A stretch of DNA of 64,000 nt, taken from the NCBI GenBank assembly GCA_963738405.1, contig CAVTWJ010000023.1, forward strand, positions 32,001-96,000, read 5' to 3'. The stretch's first letter is position 1. Every line of letters starts with the position of its first letter. Source of the stretch: a candidate division FCPU426 bacterium (GTDB lineage Bacteria; Oederibacteriota; Muellerivitia; Muellerivitales; Muellerivitaceae). Below the pieces are notes generated by a model, which did no database searches, was not told the DNA's origin, and saw only the letters and a list, made by a program, of their open reading frames with translations. This document shows, piece after piece, positions 1 through 10,176 of the stretch. The translations under genes and the position numbers were made by a program.

Positions 1-675
1 ATACAGATCCACTTTTTTTCCGAAGGTGTAAAAGTCGAAGTTGGCGCTCATGCCGGGGGTGCGGAAAAGGATAAACACCATGGTGTTGATGATGTCGGGA
101 TATTGTTCGGCCCACCGCACGATATCCGGTATTTCCTCCAGCGTCTGCTCGGAGACCGTCTGGTTGAAGCCGCAAACCATGCCCCCTTCTTTGGCCACCA
201 TTCGGGCCAGTTTTTCGCGCAATTCAATGTGGCCCACCTCGGTGGAGGCTTGGGAATCTTTGCGCTTTTGGGTGGTGTCGATATGGAACGTAAAACCAAA
301 TACTCCGGCCTTTTTCAGGTCTTTCAGCAATTCGGGCGAATGGCTTAGGGCCAATCCATTGGTATTCATGATGGGCTTCCATCCGTAACGGCGAACCATC
401 CGCACAATGTCGAGGATCTGCGGATGCAACAGCGGGTCTCCCCCCGCGATGGAAACGCTGTCGGTCTTGCGCAGGCGCTTGATGGTCTTGAATTCCTCTT
501 CAATTTCCTCCAGCGTCTTGTGGGCTCCCTTGATGTTCTCGTGGTAACAGCCCTCGCAGGTCAGGTTGCACTGGGAAGTGACTTCCAGCCAGAAAATCCC
601 ATTGTCGGAAAGGGACCAGGGCAGCCGGTAGTAATCCTGCGGGTTAAGAGGCTTAGGTTCGGTGATTTGCATCAT
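1..675 (-). CDS. Radical SAM protein (3' end runs off the window)
   Basis: Not in the ORF track; translated by hand from ATG at 675: MMQITEPK...LEVTSQCNLTCEGCYH (CxxxCxxC) ...SIAGGDPLLHP...MNTNG; frame open to base 1. Confidence 0.9.
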   Translation of the reverse strand, partial: MMQITEPKPLNPQDYYRLPWSLSDNGIFWLEVTSQCNLTCEGCYHENIKGAHKTLEEIEEEFKTIKRLRKTDSVSIAGGDPLLHPQILDIVRMVRRYGWKPIMNTNGLALSHSPELLKDLKKAGVFGFTFHIDTTQKRKDSQASTEVGHIELREKLARMVAKEGGMVCGFNQTVSEQTLEEIPDIVRWAEQYPDIINTMVFILFRTPGMSANFDFYTFGKKVDLY

Positions 676-763
676 GTTCCTCCGGGGTGAATTAGCCTAT
701 TAATGGCGGAGTTTATTGTCGAAGGTCGTCAGCCCCCTTCGCAATCAACCTCCCGGGTGGAAA

Positions 764-1264
764 ATGGAAAACCGTTATGAGGGTCTATTCGAAGAAAGCT
801 GTTCCAGCATATGCGTCTTAAAATCGGGTCAAAAAGTTCTTTACCAAAATCAAACTTGTAAGAAACTTTGCGGTAACCACGGGTCGAACCCCTGCCCTCA
901 AAGCTGTGTAAGTTCTTGCGAAAAGGTCCTGGGCCGTAAAATCCCCATGGAAGGCCTGCATTACTTCTCAAACACCAAGGTAGGAAACGAGTTTTTCGAT
1001 CTGTTTTTTTACCACGAATCCAACTACCGGATTGTGATCCTTCAGTCCCTCAGTCCCAAATACGATTCCTGGCTCAAGCGATTCACCGGCCGGGGGTTAA
1101 GCCGCAGGGAATTGGAAGTGGTGCGTCTGGGGATGCGCGGAATGACCAACACCCAGATCACTCAAAAACTGGGCATCTCCCGCCCCACCCTCAAGACCCA
1201 CCTGAACAACATCTATAAAAAAGCCCCGGAAATCCGAAAAGAAAATTGGCGGTTCTTAAAATAA
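764..1264 (+). CDS. LuxR-type HTH transcriptional regulator with a Cys-rich PAS-like N-terminus
   Basis: C-terminal LSRRELEVVRLGMRGMTNTQITQKLGISRPTLKTHLNNIYKK; divergent from the radical SAM gene. The track starts at TTG 716; ATG 764 preferred. Confidence 0.85.
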   Translation: MENRYEGLFEESCSSICVLKSGQKVLYQNQTCKKLCGNHGSNPCPQSCVSSCEKVLGRKIPMEGLHYFSNTKVGNEFFDLFFYHESNYRIVILQSLSPKYDSWLKRFTGRGLSRRELEVVRLGMRGMTNTQITQKLGISRPTLKTHLNNIYKKAPEIRKENWRFLK

Positions 1265-1300
1265 AAAAGCCCGGTCCCTTTGGGGGACCGGGCTTTTTTT
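1263..1300. terminator. Bidirectional intrinsic terminator
   Basis: AAAAAAGCCCGGTCCC-loop-GGGACCGGGCTTTTTTT between the convergent LuxR and hppA genes. Confidence 0.9.
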
Positions 1301-1310
1301 GTTCTGGAAT

Positions 1311-3788
1311 TTAATCGTTTGTGATGCGCATCTTGTAAAAGGTCCTCCACACGAATACCAAGGCAATCGCAAAGAAAATCACTGCCAGGGTCAAGGTCAT
1401 TCCCGCCAAAACCGGGGAGATGGCCAGTTCCACCGCCAAGAGACCGAAGAGGGTGGTGAACTTGATGATGGGGTTCATGGCCACCGAGGAAGTGTCTTTA
1501 AACGGGTCCCCAACGGTGTCGCCCACCACGCAAGCCGCGTGCAAGGGCGTTCCCTTTTCCTTCATGATGGCTTCGACGACCTTCTTTGCGTTGTCCCAGG
1601 CCCCGCCCGCGTTCGCCATGAAGATGGCCTGGTAAAGGCCGAACAAGGCGATCGAAATCAGGTACCCGATGAAAAAGTAGGGGTCAAAGCAGGCGAAAGC
1701 CAGGGTAAAGCAAAAGACCGCGATGAAGATGTTAAACATGCCGTTCTGCGCGTACTTGGTGCAGATGGCCACCACCTTCTTCGAATCCTCCACATTGGCT
1801 TTTTTAATCTTGGAATCCAGTTTGATGTTGGCCTTGATAAATTCCACCGCCCGGTAAGCGCCCGTCGTGACCGCCTGGGTGGCCGCTCCCGTAAACCAAT
1901 AGATCACCGCGCCGCCCATGACGAGACCTAATAGGAAGAGCGGGTTCAAAAGGGAGAAATTAATGGCCAAGGCATTCAATTGGTCCTGAGAAATCATACC
2001 CGAGGTGATGTGGGCCGCGTTCTTGGCCAAAAGCACCAGGATCGAGAACAAGAGGGTCGTGGCACCGACCACAGCGGTGCCGATCAAGACCGGCTTGGCC
2101 GTAGCTTTAAAGGTGTTGCCCGCCCCGTCATTTTCCTCAAGATAATCCTTAGCCTTATGGAAGTCGGGAGTAAAGCCGAATTCCTTTTTGATGTTTTCCT
2201 TGATGCCCTTGATCGTCTCAATCGTGGAAAGTTCATAAACCGATTGAGCGTTATCCGTGACGGGCCCGTAAGAATCCACCGCGATGGTCACCGGTCCCAT
2301 CCCCAAGAAGCCGAAAGCCACCAGGCCGAAGGCAAAAACCGCAGGGGCGATCATCAGGGAGCTCATGCTGATTCCTGTGGTCGCTATCCAGGCTCCCGTT
2401 CCCATGAGCACCAGAATCGACAAGCCCAGCCAGAAGGCTGAAAAATTACCTGCCACGAAACCTGAAAGGATATTCAGGGATGCCCCTCCCTGCTTGGAGG
2501 CTGTGACCACTTCCTTGACATGCTTAGAATTCATGGAGGTGAATACCTTCACCAGTTCAGGAATGACGGCTCCCGCCAAGGTACCGCAAGTAATGATGCT
2601 GGCCAATTTCCACCAAACCGACCCGTCCCCGATGTCCGAGATCAGCAGATTGGAGGCGATATAGGTCACAACAATGGAAATAACCGAGGTCAGCCAAACC
2701 AAGAAGGTCAGAGGGTCCTCAAAGTTCATCTTGTCCGCGTTCTCATAACGGGCCTTCGCCAAGGCCGCGTTGATCATGTAGGAAACGCCGGAAGTGACAA
2801 TCATCATTACCCGCATGACGAAGATCCAGACTAAAAGTTTGATCTGGTCGGTGGGGTTATGGACCGCCAATAGGATGAAGGTGATCAGGGCGACGCCTGT
2901 GACGCCGTAGGTCTCAAAACCGTCCGCTGTGGGTCCCACCGAGTCGCCCGCGTTGTCGCCCGTGCAATCTGCAATGACGCCGGGGTTCCGGGCATCATCC
3001 TCTTTGATATTAAAGACGATCTTCATCAGGTCCGAACCGATATCGGCGATCTTGGTGAAGATACCGCCCGCGATACGAAGGGCAGCCGCGCCCAGGGATT
3101 CCCCGATGGCAAAACCGATGAAGCAATAGCCCGCCAAGTCCGCGGGAATGAAAAGGATGATGGCCAGCATGATCAAAAGCTCGATAGAAATCAGCAGCAT
3201 GCCGATGGAAATTCCGGACCGGATGGGGATGGCGTAGGTCGGGAAAGGCTTGCCTTTCAAGGCGGCAAAGGCCGAGCGGGAATTGGCGAAGGTATTGATT
3301 CGAATTCCGAACCAGGCCACCGTCACGGACCCGGCGATACCTACCAAGCTGAAGAAAAGGATGATCATCACGTTCCCGAAACCCACGGGTTTCAGCCAGC
3401 CGAAGTAAATAAAGATGATGGCCCCAATAAACACCCAGAGGATGCCCAGGAATTTCATTTGGTTTTGCACGTAAGTTTTGCAGGTTTCGTAGATGAGTTC
3501 TGAAATGTCCCTCATCGACTTGTGAACGGGAAGATTCTTGAGGTTGTTGAACAAAACCGCCCCAAAAAGGATTCCCAGAACGCAAAACAGGAGGCCCCAG
3601 CAGAGCAGATCCCACCCGGTGATGGAGTTACCCAGGAAACTGACGGATTTCAGGTCCGGCAGCAGTAAATCCGCCTCACTCGCGAAAGCGTTGGAAGCCA
3701 CGGTCAAAACGGCGAAAACCGCGAAACATTTCATGGCCAATCCGCGAGTTTTGTCCAGCCCTAGGCTCAAACCGTCTCTTAAACCCAT
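1311..3788 (-). CDS. hppA: Membrane-bound ion-translocating pyrophosphatase
   Basis: GGIFTKIADIGSDL, EDDARNPGVIADCTGDNAGD, DSYGPVTDNAQS, GGAWDNAKK, GDTVGDPFKDT; many TM segments. GNTFKA carries Lys at the K+-dependence position. Confidence 0.95.
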   Translation of the reverse strand: MGLRDGLSLGLDKTRGLAMKCFAVFAVLTVASNAFASEADLLLPDLKSVSFLGNSITGWDLLCWGLLFCVLGILFGAVLFNNLKNLPVHKSMRDISELIYETCKTYVQNQMKFLGILWVFIGAIIFIYFGWLKPVGFGNVMIILFFSLVGIAGSVTVAWFGIRINTFANSRSAFAALKGKPFPTYAIPIRSGISIGMLLISIELLIMLAIILFIPADLAGYCFIGFAIGESLGAAALRIAGGIFTKIADIGSDLMKIVFNIKEDDARNPGVIADCTGDNAGDSVGPTADGFETYGVTGVALITFILLAVHNPTDQIKLLVWIFVMRVMMIVTSGVSYMINAALAKARYENADKMNFEDPLTFLVWLTSVISIVVTYIASNLLISDIGDGSVWWKLASIITCGTLAGAVIPELVKVFTSMNSKHVKEVVTASKQGGASLNILSGFVAGNFSAFWLGLSILVLMGTGAWIATTGISMSSLMIAPAVFAFGLVAFGFLGMGPVTIAVDSYGPVTDNAQSVYELSTIETIKGIKENIKKEFGFTPDFHKAKDYLEENDGAGNTFKATAKPVLIGTAVVGATTLLFSILVLLAKNAAHITSGMISQDQLNALAINFSLLNPLFLLGLVMGGAVIYWFTGAATQAVTTGAYRAVEFIKANIKLDSKIKKANVEDSKKVVAICTKYAQNGMFNIFIAVFCFTLAFACFDPYFFIGYLISIALFGLYQAIFMANAGGAWDNAKKVVEAIMKEKGTPLHAACVVGDTVGDPFKDTSSVAMNPIIKFTTLFGLLAVELAISPVLAGMTLTLAVIFFAIALVFVWRTFYKMRITND

Positions 3789-4079
3789 TTGATTCCTCCG
3801 AAGGATTTAATGCCAACCAACCTTTCAGCCATTTCCCAGCGGAACTTTCCCATCGTGCTCAACTGACAAAGCATTAAAAGGCAGGAAGAAAGAAACTCAC
3901 CGGTTGAGAGGACCCAGCCGGTTTTGGAACGCAACGGGAATGATGGTATGAAATAAAAGCACCTATTCAAAATGATGACAATCATATTACAAAGGTGAAT
4001 GGGTCTTGTCGATTTTTTCTTGTTAGGTTCATTGGCCTGTTAAAGGGCTTTTTGTTACAGCCTGGTGAACAAAAGGGAC

Positions 4080-5561
4080 CTAAACGGGTTTTCCGTTGAT
4101 CTTCGCAAAATCAATCCAGCCCTTCTCAACATTGACCCCGATCAGTTTAACGCGGACGCGGTCCCCCACATCGAGTCCTTTTCCTCCCTGGGCCAAATAG
4201 CCTTCCACCGGAGGTTTCAATAACCTCACCCAGGTTCCCTTGGAAGACGCGCCGGTCACCAACGCGTCAAATGCCTCCCCAATTCTTTTCGAGAGGAATA
4301 GGGCGCTGGCGCTTTTTCTGATTTGCCGTTCCACCTTATCCGCTGCGTTTTCTTGCTCCGTACAATGCCCAGCGAGGGCGTTGAGATCGGGCAAGGAATA
4401 GGGGGATGCTGAACCGGCAAGAGCCGCCTTCAGGAGACGTTGAGTGATCAGGTCGGGATAACGGCGGTTCGGGGCTGTCGAATGGTTATAGTCTTTCACA
4501 GCTAATCCAAAATGGCCTTGGGCGGCTTCTCCCGGTTTATCCAATACATATTCCCCACGACCCATCAATTTCACTACGGCCAGGGAAAGGTCGGGAAAGC
4601 GAAGAGGGTCCTTGGCCTTTTGATCCTGAAGAAAAACATTCAAAGCCTTCGAATCGGGAGTTGAAGGAAGTTTGGCCCCCCTTTCAGCCGCGAGTGAAGC
4701 GATCCGGTCCCATCGCTCGGGCGTCTTTACCACGCGCCGAAGCGTGGGAAACCCCTTTTGGGTCAGGAAGCGGGCGGTAATCCCGTTGGCTGCCACCATT
4801 AAATCTTCTATCAATTCGCCGGCCCGGGTTTGTTCCTCGTGCTTAAGATCCACTACCTGCCCGTTTTCGGTGACAGGCCTGGGTTGAAGGGTCGATAGTT
4901 CCAAAGCCCCTCCCTCATGGCGCTTAGCCCTCAAGCGCTGGGCGGCGGCGTCCTGCAGGCGCAGTTGGAAATCCATTTCTTTCACCTTTGCGGCGGCTTC
5001 CGGCAGGGGGCCCTTTCCTTCCAGCCAGGCTGACACGCTGTTGTAGGCTAATTTCGATTGGTTGGTCACCCGGGCCCGGTAAACATCCGACCTAGAAACC
5101 GAGCCATCGGTCTCGACATCCATCTCCACCACTAAAGCCAATCGGTCCCCGTTTTGGTTGAGAGAAGTCAGGTCGGTTGAAAGTTTCTCCGGAAGCATGG
5201 GAAAGGTTTTGACCCCGGTGTAAACCGAGGTGGTGTTCTTGCGGGCGTGTAAATCCAGGGCTGATTCTACCGAAACCAAGGCATCCACGTCGGCCACCGC
5301 CACCCAAATGCGGGTCTTCCCGCCCCCCAAGTCCTGCCCAACTGAGATTTGATCCAAATCCCTGGAATCATCGTTGTCGATGGAACACCAAAGCAGGGCT
5401 CGCATGTCACGCAGTTTCCCGGACGGGTCCTGCGCGGGACTGGTCAAGCTTTTCAGCTGTTCCAGAGCTTCGGGAGAAAAAGAGGGTTCAAGTCCAAAAG
5501 TGACCATGGCCTGATCCGCGATTTGAGCCAAATATCCTTCTTTAGATGGGGTACTTTCCAT
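4080..5561 (-). CDS. RNB-domain exoribonuclease (RNase II/R family)
   Basis: SIDNDDSRDLDQ, HFGLAVKDYNHSTAPNRRYPDL, C-terminal S1-like domain. Confidence 0.9.
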   Translation of the reverse strand: MESTPSKEGYLAQIADQAMVTFGLEPSFSPEALEQLKSLTSPAQDPSGKLRDMRALLWCSIDNDDSRDLDQISVGQDLGGGKTRIWVAVADVDALVSVESALDLHARKNTTSVYTGVKTFPMLPEKLSTDLTSLNQNGDRLALVVEMDVETDGSVSRSDVYRARVTNQSKLAYNSVSAWLEGKGPLPEAAAKVKEMDFQLRLQDAAAQRLRAKRHEGGALELSTLQPRPVTENGQVVDLKHEEQTRAGELIEDLMVAANGITARFLTQKGFPTLRRVVKTPERWDRIASLAAERGAKLPSTPDSKALNVFLQDQKAKDPLRFPDLSLAVVKLMGRGEYVLDKPGEAAQGHFGLAVKDYNHSTAPNRRYPDLITQRLLKAALAGSASPYSLPDLNALAGHCTEQENAADKVERQIRKSASALFLSKRIGEAFDALVTGASSKGTWVRLLKPPVEGYLAQGGKGLDVGDRVRVKLIGVNVEKGWIDFAKINGKPV

Positions 5562-5630
5562 GGAAGAACTCCTTTGGGTGTGGGAAACCTGAACCCTAGG
5601 TTTAGGGTCTTTGGTTCAAACCGTGAAACA

Positions 5631-7106
5631 TTATTTCAGATCCTGGGAACGGTCGGAGGGAATCTTGAATTCGGCCATGATATCTGCAGTGGCCTGTTGG
5701 GCCTTGGCCGCGTCAAAGACGATCTTAGTGCCAAACCAGGCATGGTCATCCACATCGATCACCTGGTGGCCCCCCACAGGATTCTTAAAGGCTTCGATTA
5801 AGTCCTTCATTTCAGAAATGGGATGGCCATTAACCTTATCCACGATGAGGTTGTTTTCCCGGTCATATCCCACGTTGATATCGTGTGGCAGCACGTGGCT
5901 GATCAAAACCACCTGTTTGCGGTCGGCCGAGGGAAATCCATGCATGAAGAGGTCCTTCAACTCGGGCTTGAAGTTATCCCAGCTCCCCATTTGGAAATAA
6001 TTGGCGGTCAGTGGCACGAACACAAACCCGGCGTAGAGGTAGTAGGTGGGGTGGATATTGTCCGCCCGGTAGGGGACCAGTTTTGAGATAGGCTTCAAGG
6101 GAACCTTGATCTTTTTCGATTGACCGTTTCTGAGAACATCCAAATTCACCTGTTCGCCCATCAAATAAAAGGTAATCAGATAGGTCCAATCAATGCGTTG
6201 GGATTTGGCCAGTGTGATATCTCCCTCGTCGTCGATCGGGTGGCCGTCAATCGCGGTCAGGATATCCCCTTCTTGTAGAATCCCATCGGACGATCCGCCA
6301 TAAACAACTTTGGTGACCACCACCCCGGTCTTATCCGCCGGTAATTGGTAATAGCTTTGAAGGGCGGGGTTTTCAAGATTCTGAACGTAAGCCCCCATGT
6401 CGGGAAAACCGTTATAGGGCTTTCCGCCCTTGATGTTTTTCAGGAACATCTGGACCACGTTAACGGGGATGAGGGAGCCCGTTTTATCCGGTTCGTGAAG
6501 GGAGTCAAAGGTAAGTCCCACAAATTTTCCATTGTCGAATACCGGGCAGCCCAATTTTTTAGCGTCGATAGCGTCATAGGTGATCAACCCCGGCAGGTAG
6601 CGCTCCCCTTCGGTCGACCAAACCATATCCAAACCCGACAGGGTATCTTCTTTGACGGACAGCTCATCCCCCCCGTGGATCATCACCTTGTCGCCGGGAG
6701 AGGGAAGGTCGCCGTATTCGACGGGTTCGGCGTCTTTGAAAAAATCCGGATCTTCAAGGGATAAAAGAGCCAGATCCATGTCGAATCCCACCTGCTCCAC
6801 CTTGGCCACATAGCGCTTGGTCTCGCCAAACTTCTGAACCTCGATATAGTTGCCTTTGTCGACAAAATGGGCCGTCGTGAGGATGCGGTTTCCGGGAATC
6901 ACCACGCCGCAGCCTTCCAGCTTGGCCTCGGCGCCTGGTTTCCAGGGCTCATAAAAATCTACGTTTTGAACGGTGGTATAGATTTTGACCACGGATTTTT
7001 TTAACTCCTTTTCGCTTCGTCCCCGGCAAGCCGGAAGCAGTAGGAAACCCATCATCAAAAAAAGGAAAACCGGTCTTAATAGGGTGTTTTTCATTGGGTT
7101 TGTCAT
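5631..7106 (-). CDS. Deg/HtrA-like protease-PDZ paralog, lipoprotein-like, probably catalytically inactive
   Basis: Colinear paralog of 7103-8632 with the same C-terminus IPSDRSQDLK; His (TTAH) and Asp (DMDLA) kept, but AINPGNSGGP is replaced by AIDAKKLGCP; LLLPAC lipobox-like segment. Confidence 0.8.
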   Translation of the reverse strand: MTNPMKNTLLRPVFLFLMMGFLLLPACRGRSEKELKKSVVKIYTTVQNVDFYEPWKPGAEAKLEGCGVVIPGNRILTTAHFVDKGNYIEVQKFGETKRYVAKVEQVGFDMDLALLSLEDPDFFKDAEPVEYGDLPSPGDKVMIHGGDELSVKEDTLSGLDMVWSTEGERYLPGLITYDAIDAKKLGCPVFDNGKFVGLTFDSLHEPDKTGSLIPVNVVQMFLKNIKGGKPYNGFPDMGAYVQNLENPALQSYYQLPADKTGVVVTKVVYGGSSDGILQEGDILTAIDGHPIDDEGDITLAKSQRIDWTYLITFYLMGEQVNLDVLRNGQSKKIKVPLKPISKLVPYRADNIHPTYYLYAGFVFVPLTANYFQMGSWDNFKPELKDLFMHGFPSADRKQVVLISHVLPHDINVGYDRENNLIVDKVNGHPISEMKDLIEAFKNPVGGHQVIDVDDHAWFGTKIVFDAAKAQQATADIMAEFKIPSDRSQDLK

Positions 7107-8632
7107 TTCAGGTCCTGCGACCGGTCGCTAGGTATGTTGTTCTTGGCCAGGATATCCGCCGTGGCTTGTTTCGCCTTGGAAGCGTCCAGCACGATTTTGG
7201 TCCCCACTTCCACCGGAGCGTCTATTTCAATAACGTGGCGGCCGCCCTGGGGTTTCTCAAAGGCCTGGATCAAATCTTTCATTTCCGTGATGGGAACACC
7301 GTTGACCTTTTGAACGACCAGGTTCGTGTAATGCTCGTCATAGCCCTTGTTGATCTCATGGGAAAGGATATGGCTGATGATGACGACCTGTTTTTGGTTT
7401 TCGGAGGGAAGGCCCTCGAAATAGAGGGGCATGAAGCCTGAAGGCGCGGACTTGGCGATTTGCAGATAATTCATGGTGAGCGGGGTGAATACCAGCCCTC
7501 CAAAAATGAAATAGGTCGGATCGGTGTCGTATTTCACCAGGGGAACCAGGCGGGCGTCATCCTTCAAAGTGACCGTGATGGTCATTGTTTTCTTATCACG
7601 CAGAATCTTAAGGGGCAGCTTATCCCCAATCCGGTGGAGGCAGAGTGGATATTGAAAATTGAGTCGTTCTCCCTTGCGGAAATAAAGGGTGCCGTCATTG
7701 GCGATGGGGAATTTGTCGATTGAAAGAAGAATGTCATTTTCATGAATCAGTCCCCAAGCGGAAGACCCATATACAACTTTAGACGCCAATACTCCTGTTT
7801 GGCTCGCCTTCATTCCGAAATAATCCCGAAGAGAGTCGTTCTCCATGGATTCGGTGTAGAGTCCCAAAGTGGGGACGGGACTATAGCTTCCTTTTTTGAT
7901 TTGTCCCAGGAACCTTTGGATCAGTTGCACGGGCACGATATAGCCGGTATTTTGCGCCACTACCGCGTTGTAGCCTTGAAAGGCGACACCGACTAGTTTC
8001 TTATGGCTGAAAACCGGTCCCCCGCTGTTGCCGGGGTTGATTGCCGCGTTGGTTTGAATGCCCAAGAGATTGCGCATGGAATGGGAATAGGGGATGACCT
8101 CGATGCGGGAGACTTCCCCTTCGGTGATGGAGAGTTCTTCCCCGCCCACCGGATATCCGTAAACCGACACATTGTCTTTTAAAGAAGGCAAGGTCCCGAA
8201 TTTGACGGGTTTGGTTCCCTTGAAAAATTTCGGGTCATCTACTTTAAGAATGGCCAAGTCGCAATCGTGGGCCACGAATTCTTTTTTGGCCGTATATTTT
8301 TTGGCGTCCCCATCCTTAAGCACCTGGATGAAGATTTCATTGGAAACCACATGGGCGTTCGTCAGGATCAGGTTGCCGGATATGACACAACCGCTTCCGC
8401 TGATTTCTTCCTCGGGCCCCACTCTCCAGGGTTCGTAGTAGTTGGGGTTCTGGATGGTCGTGAAAATCTTGACCACGGACTTCCGCAAGGGGTCGTCGGT
8501 AGCTTTGGCAATGGACGGAAGCCAAAAACAAATTGCAAAGATGGCAGCCCAATATCGCAAATGCTTTTCAAGAGTTTGCGGATAGGCCAAGGGATTTACG
8601 ATTGCCTTCAAAAACATCTCCAGGAAAAACAA
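7103..8632 (-). CDS. Deg/HtrA (Deg2-like) trypsin-type serine protease with PDZ domains
   Basis: LTNAHV, HDCDLA, AINPGNSGGP catalytic triad; signal-peptide-like segment; true start probably downstream of 8632. Confidence 0.9.
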   Translation of the reverse strand: MFFLEMFLKAIVNPLAYPQTLEKHLRYWAAIFAICFWLPSIAKATDDPLRKSVVKIFTTIQNPNYYEPWRVGPEEEISGSGCVISGNLILTNAHVVSNEIFIQVLKDGDAKKYTAKKEFVAHDCDLAILKVDDPKFFKGTKPVKFGTLPSLKDNVSVYGYPVGGEELSITEGEVSRIEVIPYSHSMRNLLGIQTNAAINPGNSGGPVFSHKKLVGVAFQGYNAVVAQNTGYIVPVQLIQRFLGQIKKGSYSPVPTLGLYTESMENDSLRDYFGMKASQTGVLASKVVYGSSAWGLIHENDILLSIDKFPIANDGTLYFRKGERLNFQYPLCLHRIGDKLPLKILRDKKTMTITVTLKDDARLVPLVKYDTDPTYFIFGGLVFTPLTMNYLQIAKSAPSGFMPLYFEGLPSENQKQVVIISHILSHEINKGYDEHYTNLVVQKVNGVPITEMKDLIQAFEKPQGGRHVIEIDAPVEVGTKIVLDASKAKQATADILAKNNIPSDRSQDLK

Positions 8633-8801
8633 ATGTTTGATAGATCAACGATTTGGATTGCGAAGGATGTTTAGTGTAGCATGCGCCTTGTTAAACGATG
8701 GTCCAAATTCAATCAAACAAATACCGAAAGATTAGGCACTTTTGAAGTATTGGGATAGGTTTGTTCAGTAATTTTAAAAGCGGGGGAATGATTTTAATCC
8801 T

Positions 8802-8842
8802 GCGCTCACATCCAATGGATCTATCCCAGTGGATGTGAGCGT
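8802..8842 (-). terminator. Hairpin downstream of the pilin gene (probable terminator)
   Basis: GCGCTCACATCCA...TGGATGTGAGCG inverted repeat. Confidence 0.5.
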
Positions 8843-8874
8843 TCTAGAAGACGAACAATCAAACAATACTAATG

Positions 8875-9333
8875 CTACTCAAACCCATAGAAGGAATAGG
8901 GAATATTTTTTGAGTCGTGCACGGTGCTGTTGACATACACACTGCCATTCGTGCTGTCATACAGCCAGCCGGTGCTAGAAGCAGTTGGCGCTCTGCCCTG
9001 TGTTGTCATGGTCACCAAGTTTCCAACTGGAGAAGTACAGCCGGGAACGAAAGCCCCGGTTACCTTCACAGCCGAAATGTTGTCCATGTATTTGCTGAAA
9101 GAATAGGTGGACAAGGCGTTCAGCGTGCTCGGCCAAATTCCCTGTTGATCCCCGTAATAAATAGAAGCAGCTGATTTGAGAGAACCCAAGGTGCCCTTGG
9201 TGGCGCCTTCCCTGGACTTCTCAAGCATCTGTGCGAATTTGGGGATGGCAATCGCAGCCAAAATTCCGATGATAGCCACAACGATCATCAGTTCAATGAG
9301 AGTAAACCCTTTTGCTTTTAAACGAATCATCAA
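8875..9333 (-). CDS. Type IV pilin / prepilin N-terminal cleavage-methylation protein
   Basis: KG|FTLIELMIVVAIIGILAAIAIPKF motif. Confidence 0.9.
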   Translation of the reverse strand: MMIRLKAKGFTLIELMIVVAIIGILAAIAIPKFAQMLEKSREGATKGTLGSLKSAASIYYGDQQGIWPSTLNALSTYSFSKYMDNISAVKVTGAFVPGCTSPVGNLVTMTTQGRAPTASSTGWLYDSTNGSVYVNSTVHDSKNIPYSFYGFE

Positions 9334-9699
9334 CCCCTCCTAGAAACTTTTATGCCCAGTCGTTCTTTGACCCAGAAAAGGACAATATTTGGTATTGTAT
9401 AAGTCTTAATAAAACATTTATACATAATTGATACAGCAATTATCTTGTTTTCAAACAATTGAGATTCAAAAAAGTCACGATGCTCTTGAAAGAGAATATT
9501 CGATCTTTTTGGAAAAAATGGCGGGGTTGACGGGGCAATCGAACCGCTCCACTCGTAGGGGAAATTCCCCCTACGTTACCCCATTAAACAGCCGGGAAAC
9601 TCCCGTTTCCCGCACCCTTCCCATGGGTTCGAGCCCCAAGAACTCAACCAAAAACAAAAATGCCCACAAACAAATTTATGTTTATGGGCATTTATTTAT

Positions 9700-9745
9700 A
9701 TGGCGGGGTTGACGGGGCTCGAACCCGCGACCTCCTGCGTGACAG
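9700..9745 (-). repeat. att site: 46-bp duplicate of the 3' half of tRNA-Asp (left island boundary)
   Basis: ATGGCGGGGTTGACGGGGCTCGAACCCGCGACCTCCTGCGTGACAG is identical to 58714-58759. Confidence 0.95.
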
Positions 9746-9874
9746 CGGGATGATCGCGATTCGTCACCACTCTAAACCCTTTTAATTACAGCAAAAAATT
9801 GACCTGCCCCCCAAAAACTGGTCCATTTGAAAAGTCACACTTTTCTATAATGGGCCCAGCCAAAGGGGGCATTT

Positions 9875-10153
9875 ATGCCAAGGAAGAAACACAGCGCCGA
9901 ACAGATTATATCCCTGTTGCGCCAAGCCGATGTCGAGCAGTCTAAGGGTCGTTCTGTAGAAGAAATCTGCCGTGAGCTTCAAATCACCCCGCACACCTAT
10001 TACCGCTGGAGAAAAGAATACGGCGGCCTCAAGTTGGACCAGGCCAAACGCCTCAAAGAACTGGAGAAAGAGAATTCCCAGTTAAAGCGCGTGGTGGCTG
10101 ATCTTTCCCTGGATAACCGCATCCTGAAAGACCTGGCCCGGGGAAACTCCTAA
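9875..10153 (+). CDS. IS3 transposase OrfA (HTH)
   Basis: MPRKKHSAEQI...TYYRWRKEYGG...RLKELEKEN; GGGAAAC slippery heptamer at 10141-10147 for -1 frameshift. Confidence 0.9.
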   Translation: MPRKKHSAEQIISLLRQADVEQSKGRSVEEICRELQITPHTYYRWRKEYGGLKLDQAKRLKELEKENSQLKRVVADLSLDNRILKDLARGNS

Positions 10154-10176
10154 GCCCGGCGAAACGCCGAAAAGCC

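Noticed and set aside
41..690. Plus-strand ORFs at the window start
   Set aside because: Antisense shadows of the radical SAM gene.
9428..9712. 94-aa ORF over the att region
   Set aside because: Spans tRNA fragments and hairpins; likely spurious.
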